Assembly (NCBI GenBank): GCA_964354495.1
Contig: CAYHAA010000035.1
Location: 1-10,606, forward strand
Length of the DNA stretch: 10,606 nucleotides
Origin: an uncultured archaeon
GTDB taxonomy: Archaea > Asgardarchaeota > Thorarchaeia > Thorarchaeales > Thorarchaeaceae
Direction of reading: 5' to 3'
Position 1 is the stretch's first letter. Each line of letters starts with the position of its first letter. Below, in pieces: positions 1-6,996 of this stretch. Both the position numbers and the translations under genes were made by a program. Under the pieces are notes generated by a model. That model was not told the DNA's origin. It was given only the letters and a program-made list of their open reading frames with translations, and did not search any database.

Positions 1-46
1 TGACTCTTCAAAATGCATAGTTGACAACCTCTTGCGTGAGTCTTGC

Positions 47-105
47 CTGCGGGCGGGAGGGAGGTGTCTGCCTTATAGTTCCTTCGTATGAGGCTCTGTC
101 TGCCT
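47..105 (+). repeat. Dispersed intergenic hairpin repeat, copy R1 (long form)
   Basis: 75-99 ATAGTTCCTTCGTATGAGGCTCTGT matches 5018-5042 at 23/25 nt. The G-rich left arm CTGCGGGCGGGAGGGAGGTG resembles CTGCGGAGGGAGGAGAGTG at 4991-5009. Internal 9-bp direct repeat TGTCTGCCT at 65-73 and 97-105. Confidence 0.9.
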
Positions 106-122
106 ATATCCATGGACCTATT

Positions 123-607
123 GGCAAATCGATTATTGGAGGTATATACTATGGTTCATTGGAAGTATAAGGAGATATTCACTCGGAGGTACATGAACTG
201 TTCACCTCAGACTCTCTGGCAAGCACTGTCAGTGGCAAAGAGAATGCCTTCACCATCAAAACTCTCCTCTGAGTGGTTCATGAATTTCCTCATGCAATAT
301 GACAACCTGTGGACTAGGTCTGCCTACTACTACTACTTCAAAGTCATTTGTCAGGAACTGGGCAGTGAATGTCTATGCCCTGATGATATCTCTCACACTA
401 AGTACATCATTGCTTCTTTGGTTGACTTCTGGAGCAACACTAGGATTCATACCTCTTGTTGGAGCAGTCTTCTTCATCCTTTCAGATTCAGTTATTGGTA
501 TCAGAGAGTTTCATCATGACATTAGGAATGCAGAGATAATGATACTCTCAACATACTGTCCAGCAATCTTCCTTCTCTCATCAGGAGCGATTTTCTTCAC
601 ATTTTAG
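123..607 (+). pseudogene. yhhN: Decayed/truncated YhhN-family (lysoplasmalogenase-like) membrane protein gene; intact C-terminal part in ORF 299-607
   Basis: ORF 299-607 carries VYALMIS...GAVFFILSDSVIGIREF...ILSTY, the typical YhhN C-terminal pattern, but is only 102 aa. Upstream frame 3 reads IIGGIYYGSLEV*GDIHSEVHELF...AFT, resembling the YhhN GD..LF..AF segment with stops and frame changes. The 5' boundary is uncertain. Confidence 0.65.
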
Positions 608-611
608 AGTG

Positions 612-670
612 AAGAGAAAAAGAAAGAGTGATGCTCCTCCTATGAGGATTATCACTTTATTTCTTCTTCA
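612..670. terminator. Hairpin between convergent genes, flanked by T-rich tracts on both strands (possible bidirectional terminator); also a degenerate copy (R0) of the dispersed repeat
   Basis: GTGAT(628-632) pairs with ATCAC(651-655); TCCTC(635-639)-CTAT-GAGGA(644-648). The minus-strand tract is TCTTTCTTTTTCTCTT (612-627); the plus-strand sequence after the stem is TTTATTTCTTCTTC. Confidence 0.55.
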
Positions 671-2369
671 TGAGAACTATTACCACAATGAGAAGGACCA
701 GTATTCCAGCAGCTCCAGCGATGACTAAAGTCATTGAATCTATTAGCTGACCACCAGTAGTTGAACTAGTTGTTGTGATCGTGATACTTGTAGTTCCTGT
801 ACTTGTTGATGTTGGTGTTGTTGCAGGCTGTGTCACAGTAACAAGAACTGTGTCGGATGCAGAATTCCCAATCGTATCGTTTACGAATAATGTATACAGA
901 TGAACACCCACTTCTAGTCCATCAATGATAACATCAAAGCTGGAACCATTCCATAGACCTGAATCAATCGCAGTCCCATTCTTTGATATGATGTACGAAT
1001 CGGGAAAGAGGTCAGAACAAATCCAAACAAGATGATTACCTGTGAGACCAAGTTCATAGGTGATGTCTTCTAGAGGCGTTACTGAGGGCGAATTATCATC
1101 AAGCATTACTGTTATAATGACTTCATCAGTTGCGTAATTACCATAGGTATCATTAGCACTTAGTATAAAGATATAGGATGCCACGGAGAGTCCATTCAGG
1201 TTCACTCTCAAATCTGTGCCATTCCATGGTCCTTGATCTATCACAACACTGTCTTTTGTGATAACGAAATACTCAGGATACGGTTCGTCACATAGCCAAG
1301 TGAGGTACTCACCGGATATGCCATATGGAATGGAAAAATCAGCAATATCGGAGATTGTTGGCACAGTAGTATCAGTTACATTGACATAAACAGTATCCGA
1401 TGCGAAATTATCCAGGTCATCATAGACAATTAAATCGTATTTATAATAGCCCGGGTCTAGATTGGTTAGAGGGAAAGAGATCTGAGAACCATTCCATGAT
1501 CCATAGTCATCGAGCACATCATCGATATACAATTCAAAGTTCTCAGGAGCATATGCTTCAGGTGTCCATATCAGGCTCACTGAGTCCGAATATTCCATTT
1601 CGATGTCATCTATTGAATCGACCTCAGGAGCAACACCACCAGTGATTTTTATCCAATCTATTCGTATATCAGGATAGGTATGATACTCATTCACATAAAA
1701 GTGCAAGGAAATAACGCTAATTGTCCTTGTTTCAGCAGCATGTTCGCTAGTTGAAACAACTCCATCGCCAAGATTTGTTCGAGTTGTACTATCTGCTGGG
1801 TTGTACCATATTGATGAGTAGTTCATGTAATTTGATGTGTACTCATAGTCATAGGTATACAAATCACCGGTATAGTGATTTATTGCCCAACTCACCTTAC
1901 TGGAACCAGAAGCTCCATAGGCAAGACGATAGGCAACACCCATATCCTGACATGTCAGAATATCAAGGCCACCCTCCTCGGACCCTGTAGGAGTATATTG
2001 AACCTGCGCTTCTAGCTTGAAGTTATAATCCACTACGAAGGTAGTACTGAGAGGAAAATTGAAGCTAGCATGCTCAATTCCACCAGAGGAAACTACATTT
2101 GAGAATAATGCTATCCCTGATGAATTCAAAGTCCATTCACCATATGATGTAGTCCATCCAGTAGTATTTGATCCATCATGATACCAAGTCGTCAATTCTT
2201 GTGCAGCGGGTGAGAGACCTCTGCTTTTTTCCATTGCATCTACTCTTCTATTGTTCATCACATCAGTAGACGTCCCAAACATTGAGGACGATATAAAAAA
2301 TAGACTCATGGAAAGAAAGAGTGTAAGTGCAAGAGCCACCGTTAGTATTTCTCTAGTGTGCTTGTCCAC
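657..2369 (-). CDS. Membrane-anchored cell-surface protein: signal/TM, beta-rich (lectin/LamG-like?) N-domain, 3 Ig-like repeats, Thr-rich linker, C-terminal TM + KKK
   Basis: 570-aa ORF with GTG start. Hydrophobic N-terminus ILTVALALTLFLSMSLFF; three ~86-92-aa repeats with L.W, G.WNG[ST] and D..[GD]N.A.D.V.V motifs; linker TQPATTPTSTSTGTTSITITTTSSTT; terminal LVIAGAAGILVLLIVVIVLM-KKK; many N-x-S/T sequons. Confidence 0.9.
   Translation of the reverse strand: MDKHTREILTVALALTLFLSMSLFFISSSMFGTSTDVMNNRRVDAMEKSRGLSPAAQELTTWYHDGSNTTGWTTSYGEWTLNSSGIALFSNVVSSGGIEHASFNFPLSTTFVVDYNFKLEAQVQYTPTGSEEGGLDILTCQDMGVAYRLAYGASGSSKVSWAINHYTGDLYTYDYEYTSNYMNYSSIWYNPADSTTRTNLGDGVVSTSEHAAETRTISVISLHFYVNEYHTYPDIRIDWIKITGGVAPEVDSIDDIEMEYSDSVSLIWTPEAYAPENFELYIDDVLDDYGSWNGSQISFPLTNLDPGYYKYDLIVYDDLDNFASDTVYVNVTDTTVPTISDIADFSIPYGISGEYLTWLCDEPYPEYFVITKDSVVIDQGPWNGTDLRVNLNGLSVASYIFILSANDTYGNYATDEVIITVMLDDNSPSVTPLEDITYELGLTGNHLVWICSDLFPDSYIISKNGTAIDSGLWNGSSFDVIIDGLEVGVHLYTLFVNDTIGNSASDTVLVTVTQPATTPTSTSTGTTSITITTTSSTTGGQLIDSMTLVIAGAAGILVLLIVVIVLMKKK
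834..1631 (-). repeat. Three tandem Ig-like protein domain repeats (1374-1631, 1098-1373, 834-1097)
   Basis: Aligned motifs LIWTPE/LTWLCD/LVWICS, GSWNGS/GPWNGT/GLWNGS, and DDLDNFASDTV/DTYGNYATDEV/DTIGNSASDTV. Confidence 0.85.
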
Positions 2370-2394
2370 TTCTTCTACTTCCTAGAATTCCATT

Positions 2395-2410
2395 TTTACT
2401 ATAAATTAAA
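2395..2410 (-). promoter_or_regulatory. Candidate archaeal TATA box for the surface protein gene
   Basis: Minus strand TTTAATTTATAGTAAA; TTTATA lies ~31 nt upstream of the GTG start at 2369. Confidence 0.5.
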
Positions 2411-2412
2411 CG

Positions 2413-2826
2413 TCACAAAAAAGGCGAAATTAAACATTGTGAGTCCTTAGGTGCCCTAGTGATCGAACCAGATATTGCAACAATCTCTATGTGTGCTGCA
2501 TACCATGATGGATCAAACTGTCCAATACAGAGTCCTCCAATTGAGCCTCCATATGCAGTAGCATAAACATTGTCAGTTCCATTTACGACTGCTCTGATAG
2601 GGACTCCATTTTGAAGTGCAGTGTTGTTATAGTCCCACCCATGGGAACTTGCTACACCCCATATCAGCCAGACTTCAGTTTCACTATACTGCATCCAGTA
2701 ATATGATGGAGCACTTGTGAACATAATATCATCCCAGATTACATCCTCACTCTTTCTATTTTGGTTGATTCCAGTGATTCTATGGGTATCTGTTCCAGCA
2801 GAGGTCATTTCATTGTAGGTCTTCAA
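2413..2826 (-). CDS. Hypothetical extracellular-type protein, probably a 5'-truncated gene fragment
   Basis: 137-aa ORF with TTG start and no signal peptide. It has W/Y/G/N-rich composition and NNT, NGT sequons like the neighbouring surface protein. The frame stays open upstream (GVYIDEQYATAQ) into the 3' end of the next gene. Confidence 0.5.
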   Translation of the reverse strand: MKTYNEMTSAGTDTHRITGINQNRKSEDVIWDDIMFTSAPSYYWMQYSETEVWLIWGVASSHGWDYNNTALQNGVPIRAVVNGTDNVYATAYGGSIGGLCIGQFDPSWYAAHIEIVAISGSITRAPKDSQCLISPFL

Positions 2827-2869
2827 TTGTGCAGTAGCATACTGTTCATCAATATAGACTCCTCTTGCT

Positions 2870-3568
2870 CTATATGAACGGATACAGTCTCCCGCTCAAT
2901 AAGAACAGGCTCAGCATGAGTCCCGAGAGAAGAGCGAATGTGACAACTACCTCGACCCATCTCTGCGCGAATGTGATGCGGGGTATAAGGAATCCAATAT
3001 TCCTCCGATAGTCCAACCACGCCTCTGGAAACAATCCTCTTAGATGATGTTCCTCGAACAATGCGAGTCCTATGTATGCTAACATCATCGGGAACCAGAT
3101 TGCAAGTGTCATCTCTGGTGTGAGGTATCCGAAGCCGAACGTATGCTGAAGAATCCAGACACTCCTGTTTGTCAATGAGGCCGTGAACATGAGCAGGCCA
3201 AGGTACTGAGGATGCCTGACTATTCCATACGGCCCGGTAGTGACGAGTCTTTCTCGCTCACTGCGATGTAGGAACAATACTGAGTAAAACAAGAGGCCGA
3301 GCCCGAGAAGTGTCAGTGCTATCTCAACGAGTCCTCCACCGAGGAATAGAGTCAGTAACAGAGCTGGGAAATAGACAAAATCAGTCACCATCACGACAAG
3401 GTAGATGAATAAAGGCATGGTCATGAGCCCCACATAGAAGTTGGGGGCGGAGATGAGAAGGGGAAGTATGTACGACACTGCATTCACTATCACCCTTCTG
3501 ATTCGTTCTACGCTCCCTGCCTTTGCCGAGGGTTCCGTACTGCCATCGTTACCCGTTGTCATCGCCAA
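2870..3568 (-). CDS. Isoprenylcysteine carboxyl methyltransferase / PEMT-family integral membrane methyltransferase
   Basis: Multiple TM segments, family motif LVTTGPYGIVRHPQYLG, and downstream EE..L...F...W.DY. Start is TTG 3568 or ATG 3562. Confidence 0.85.
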   Translation of the reverse strand: MAMTTGNDGSTEPSAKAGSVERIRRVIVNAVSYILPLLISAPNFYVGLMTMPLFIYLVVMVTDFVYFPALLLTLFLGGGLVEIALTLLGLGLLFYSVLFLHRSERERLVTTGPYGIVRHPQYLGLLMFTASLTNRSVWILQHTFGFGYLTPEMTLAIWFPMMLAYIGLALFEEHHLRGLFPEAWLDYRRNIGFLIPRITFAQRWVEVVVTFALLSGLMLSLFLLSGRLYPFI

Positions 3569-3607
3569 TCCGTACCTTCACTGTCTATGATGACTATCTC
3601 TACGTAT

Positions 3608-3622
3608 CTCCTTCCATGAAGC
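3608..3622 (+). repeat. Degenerate repeat copy R2b
   Basis: CTCCTTCCATGAAGC versus CTCCTTCGTATGAAGC (5022-5037): one deletion and one substitution, both in the loop. The CTTC/GAAG stem is intact. Confidence 0.5.
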
Positions 3623-3647
3623 GAAACAATCATAGCTGTAGACATCA

Positions 3648-3670
3648 TATATTTCCTTCGTAAGAGGCTC
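3648..3670 (+). repeat. Dispersed repeat copy R2a
   Basis: TATATTTCCTTCGTAAGAGGCTC matches 74-96 at 21/23 nt. Confidence 0.85.
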
Positions 3671-3813
3671 CTAATGCCATCAGCAATGGATGTAATAGCT
3701 AACCAATCATTGGAGGCGAGCCCTTTCGTTCATAAAGCCTGCAGTGAGATACTTAATCAAAGGTATTTGCGGTGTTCATCTGCAATCCTAATGGCAATCA
3801 CGGCGAGCAGCTG

Positions 3814-3851
3814 AAAAAAGAAGTAATTGCTCAACACTGATTGAATGTTGA
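3814..3851 (-). terminator. Candidate terminator of the 3865-4200 gene
   Basis: Inverted repeat TCAACA(3831-3836)-N9-TGTTGA(3846-3851) just after the stop, followed on the minus strand by T6 (3814-3819). Confidence 0.4.
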
Positions 3852-3864
3852 TCGTGCTGAGCAA

Positions 3865-4200
3865 TCATACTCTCTTTGCTAGAAGCAGAAGAGATCCAAT
3901 AATGACTAGAACTCCACCCACTGTGCTGGCAAAGTGGTACATGAGAATACCCATGATGATTACGACTATCCACTTGTTCCTGAATTCAAGCGCCTTGATC
4001 TTGATTGTGCCACTGTTCACTAGAGCAATCAGTGAGAATATGATTCCGAGGATGCCCATTATCATGCCATCAGTAATGAAGATCGTGAGCCAGGTGGGCA
4101 GGATAGGGTCCCATCCCATAATCTGAAGAATACCCTCAATGAGTCCAATGATGCCACCAATCAGTATTAGGATATCTCCTATTTTCTTAAGGTCCGCCAT
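3865..4200 (-). CDS. Small multi-pass membrane protein (111 aa), hypothetical
   Basis: Start moved from the ORF-track 4287 to ATG 4200 (MADLKKIGDILILIGGIIG), which has an AGGAG Shine-Dalgarno 8 nt upstream. About four hydrophobic Gly/Ile-rich helices. Confidence 0.8.
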   Translation of the reverse strand: MADLKKIGDILILIGGIIGLIEGILQIMGWDPILPTWLTIFITDGMIMGILGIIFSLIALVNSGTIKIKALEFRNKWIVVIIMGILMYHFASTVGGVLVIIGSLLLLAKRV

Positions 4201-4537
4201 TTTTAGTACTCCTGATATTTGTGGAACTGTCTTCGAAACATACCATGACGATGATGTGTATTGAAGCGTAGGTAAGAGAAAAAGCAATTGACGAGTAGCT
4301 AAAGATTGTGTCTTGGTAGCGCATCACTCCTCATGGCTGTTAAGAATTGGCATATCCATATGATTCCGGCTATATTTGACTATCGCCAAATTCGGTCTCT
4401 ATTCAACTTCGCCCATATCTTAATGCGCCTGTCAATTGCGCCTTTAACAGACCGTACAGGTTGTACAGAGCAGTCATACTTGGCGGGAATCATTGGTTTA
4501 ATATGCGACCCCTGCGATTCACGAATGGGAATCCGGT

Positions 4538-4873
4538 TTGTCTGTAATGGCCCCCGCGTATCTTTTGCCTTTGGCACTGGAATTTGGCCTGCTGCTGTAC
4601 TTTCTCTACATACTAAGGACTCGAGGCACGCAGAAGGACAGAAAATCCTTGTTCATTATCTCTATAATCCTCTCGTTCTTCGCCTCTGTCACAATCCTTG
4701 AGGTGTTGAACTACAGTATGATACCGCCACTGCCACCACCTCCAGCGACCCCTGAGAATTGGTATTCTGATGCCATGGTTATGCGCTCCCTAGCATCGAT
4801 GAAGGCTCAAGTCGAGGCCATATTCCTGTTCATTCTCGCATTGTCGTACATGTGTGCGAAATCACAGGAGTAG
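4538..4873 (+). CDS. Small 3-TM membrane protein with a proline-rich loop, hypothetical
   Basis: Three hydrophobic segments, a basic loop RTRGTQKDRK, and PPLPPPPATP. TTTAATAT (TATA-like) at 4497-4504. Start is TTG 4538 or ATG 4547. Confidence 0.65.
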   Translation: MSVMAPAYLLPLALEFGLLLYFLYILRTRGTQKDRKSLFIISIILSFFASVTILEVLNYSMIPPLPPPPATPENWYSDAMVMRSLASMKAQVEAIFLFILALSYMCAKSQE

Positions 4874-4911
4874 TCTTCGCAGCCGGAGTAGTCCAAGTCA
4901 ACGTTTGATGG

Positions 4912-4926
4912 TCAGGAGACTCCTGA
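4912..4926. promoter_or_regulatory. Perfect 15-bp palindrome (operator or hairpin)
   Basis: TCAGGAG-A-CTCCTGA, 38 nt after the stop of 4538-4873. Confidence 0.35.
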
Positions 4927-4990
4927 GATTTGGCACTCAAGGGAAGGTAACAGAAGCTTCTCTCTATGAACAATGCGGACTCTGGACTAA

Positions 4991-5042
4991 CTGCGGAGGG
5001 AGGAGAGTGCCCTGCTCATAGCTCCTTCGTATGAAGCTCTGT
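4991..5042 (+). repeat. Dispersed repeat copy R3 (long form)
   Basis: CTGCGGAGGGAGGAGAGTGCCCTGCTCATAGCTCCTTCGTATGAAGCTCTGT aligns along its length with 47-99; core 23/25 identical. Confidence 0.9.
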
Positions 5043-5259
5043 TTCCGTGTCTCATGAGATATGCAGTAGGGTCCTAACTCTACGTTTCATGATCAACTTG
5101 CTCAGTTCCTTTTTTGACTTCATGAATCATCTCAGTAGTTTCTGCTCGATTGGTGTTGTCAGAGCTATCATCAAGGATGCCGGAATAGATCATGTGCGCT
5201 CAGCATTGCTGGGTGGTGAAATATCGACTGAACAACCATCCGGTTCTCAGGCATTCTAA

Positions 5260-5290
5260 GACCGCGCTTAGCGGGTCAATTATGTTTAAG
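5260..5290 (+). promoter_or_regulatory. Hairpin plus candidate TATA box upstream of the flavodoxin gene
   Basis: GACC-G-CGC-TTA-GCG-G-GTC stem (5260-5277) and TTTAAG at 5285-5290, ~41 nt before ATG 5332. Confidence 0.35.
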
Positions 5291-5331
5291 AGTAGCATTT
5301 CAATAGGAACAGAGGCCGAGAATCGGACAGC

Positions 5332-5835
5332 ATGAACGCTATTGTGGTATACTATTCTAGAACCGGGACTACTAGGAAAGTAGCGGAAGGAATCTCAACA
5401 GCCCTCAAATGTGATGTTGAAGAAATCATTGATACGGAAAACAGGTCAGGCGTCATAGGTTGGCTGAAATCAGGCAGAGACGCAGGTCGAAAGGCATCAG
5501 CAGAGATTGAACCGCTGAAGAGAGATCCGGCCTCCTATGACATCGTGGTCATTGGAACCCCAATGTGGAACCACACACTTGCTACACCGGTCAGAGCCTA
5601 CATCACACAGTACAAGGATCGCTTCAAGAGAGTTGCCTTCTTCCGGACAGGAGCCAGCACTGACGACGACCCATTTGATGAAATGGAGTCCCTCTGCAGA
5701 AAAAAGCCAGTTGCCACCCTGAAACTCCGTAGAAAGTCACAAGTCGAAGCTAACCTGTATGAAGAAAGAGTCAGAGAATTCGCCGAAAGAATCACTACGG
5801 ATGCCCAGGACCCACGCACAAAACAGGCTAAGTAA
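5332..5835 (+). CDS. Flavodoxin-family protein
   Basis: FMN-binding loop VYYSRTGTT, YDIVVIGTPMW motif and VAFF.T strand; 167 aa. Confidence 0.92.
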   Translation: MNAIVVYYSRTGTTRKVAEGISTALKCDVEEIIDTENRSGVIGWLKSGRDAGRKASAEIEPLKRDPASYDIVVIGTPMWNHTLATPVRAYITQYKDRFKRVAFFRTGASTDDDPFDEMESLCRKKPVATLKLRRKSQVEANLYEERVREFAERITTDAQDPRTKQAK

Positions 5836-5919
5836 TAGGAGAAAGCCCCGTTCTAGCAATGGCTTTAGTGCACTGAACAAGTTAAATAGCTCTCATATAT
5901 GACTGCCAATCGGTGAGTC

Positions 5920-6861
5920 ATGTTGAGAGTGCTCGTGCTTGGTGGTACTGGCTTTCTGGGTTCAAGGATTGTCACCAGACTGAGCTCGCGTGGTCATGAG
6001 GTCACAATACTCACCCGTCGGACTGAGGCAGCAAAATACTTCGGTAGTAAGGGCATTGAAACGATTGTAGGGGACCTCATGGAGCCCGAGGCGTTCATAG
6101 ACAGCATAGGTCCGCAGGACTGCGTAGTCTCTGTTGCAATGCCTTTTGAGTTCGGAAGAATATCGAAGAGCAAGTTCGCTCAGATCAAGGAGAGGACGAC
6201 CAAGTTCGTGTCGACGGCTCTTACCATCGGGAAGAGACTCGACTGCCCTACCATACTGACTCTTGGCACTGCCTACAGCACTAAGCCAGGGCAAGTAGCT
6301 GACGAGTCTTGGCCACTTGTCCGGACGGGTCTCACGAAGGCTGGCGAAGAGGCGGACGTGCTTATTGCTAAGGCAAAGAAGGAGGGACAACCACTCATCA
6401 TAATGCTCCCGGGTCAGATCTATGGACCGGGTGGCCAGTTCCTCAAGATGTATGAGATGATGAAGAATGGGCGCTCGGGCGTCTTCGGGAGAGGTGACAA
6501 CCACATCCCGAGGGTACATGTCGATGACTGTGCTCAGGCCTTTGTTCTTGCCATAGAGAAACAGCCTGTGGGTGAGTCATTCATCATAGCTGACGACACT
6601 CCGTGTACCACGCGAGAATTCACAGAGCGCATGGCGGAGTGCATGGGACTGCCAAAGCCACGGACTGTTCCAATATTCATCGCTCGAATCGTTCTTGGTG
6701 GTCTTCTTCTGAGCGTTATACAGATGGACTGCGTGGTGACTAATGAGAAGGCCAAGAGAGAGCTGGGCTGGGAGCTGCAGTACCCCTCTTATCGAGAGGG
6801 TCTCAAGGCTACAATCGACTATCTACGTGAAGGTACGGTCCCAGGCCCGTCCGGATCATAA
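5920..6861 (+). CDS. NAD-dependent epimerase/dehydratase family (atypical SDR)
   Basis: Rossmann GGTGFLG, PGQIYGPG, VHVDDCAQA and C-terminal NEKAKRELGW.L.YPSYREGL. No clear YxxxK catalytic motif. Confidence 0.92.
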   Translation: MLRVLVLGGTGFLGSRIVTRLSSRGHEVTILTRRTEAAKYFGSKGIETIVGDLMEPEAFIDSIGPQDCVVSVAMPFEFGRISKSKFAQIKERTTKFVSTALTIGKRLDCPTILTLGTAYSTKPGQVADESWPLVRTGLTKAGEEADVLIAKAKKEGQPLIIMLPGQIYGPGGQFLKMYEMMKNGRSGVFGRGDNHIPRVHVDDCAQAFVLAIEKQPVGESFIIADDTPCTTREFTERMAECMGLPKPRTVPIFIARIVLGGLLLSVIQMDCVVTNEKAKRELGWELQYPSYREGLKATIDYLREGTVPGPSGS

Positions 6862-6873
6862 GAGACAAGAGCA

Positions 6874-6910
6874 GAGGTGATACTTACCTCGTATGAGGCC
6901 CTGTCCTGCG
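6874..6910 (+). repeat. Dispersed repeat copy R4
   Basis: GAGGTGAT box, perfect hairpin CCTC-GTAT-GAGG (6887-6898). 6889-6905 matches 84-100 at 16/17 nt. Followed by TGTCCTGCG (6902-6910). Confidence 0.8.
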
Positions 6911-6996
6911 ATGAACAAGAGAAGTAGTAATGAATCTTAATTCTCAACCCGTCGTAAGGCATATCAGAAAGGTCTGTCAGCATAAAATGACTGCTC

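Noticed and set aside
51-64. GGGCGGGAGGGAGG as a G-quadruplex
   Set aside because: The fourth G run is only 2 nt, and the equivalent arm in R3 lacks four runs, so it is not conserved.
88-519. 143-aa ORF starting at the ATG inside R1, and short ORFs from the same ATG in other copies
   Set aside because: Peptides diverge after 2-4 codons and differ in length (MRLCL.., MKLCF.., MRPCP.., MRRYR..). ORF 88-519 overlaps the YhhN remnant out of frame.
3587-3593. ATGATGA box C motif suggesting a C/D sRNA
   Set aside because: No CTGA D or D' box within the expected ~50-60 nt.
4288-4701. ORFs 4306-4701 and 4380-4577, and short direct repeats TGCGCCT (4424-4430, 4437-4443)
   Set aside because: No protein-like features, overlap with the better-supported 4538-4873, and the 7-bp repeat is within chance expectation.
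5080-5298. Minus-strand ~70-codon frame with in-frame TGC-TGA (Cys-Sec-like) ending ~40 nt before R3, suggesting a selenoprotein with R3 as SECIS
   Set aside because: No resemblance to a selenoprotein family I know. It overlaps the flavodoxin promoter, and the other repeat copies do not follow UGA-containing ORFs.
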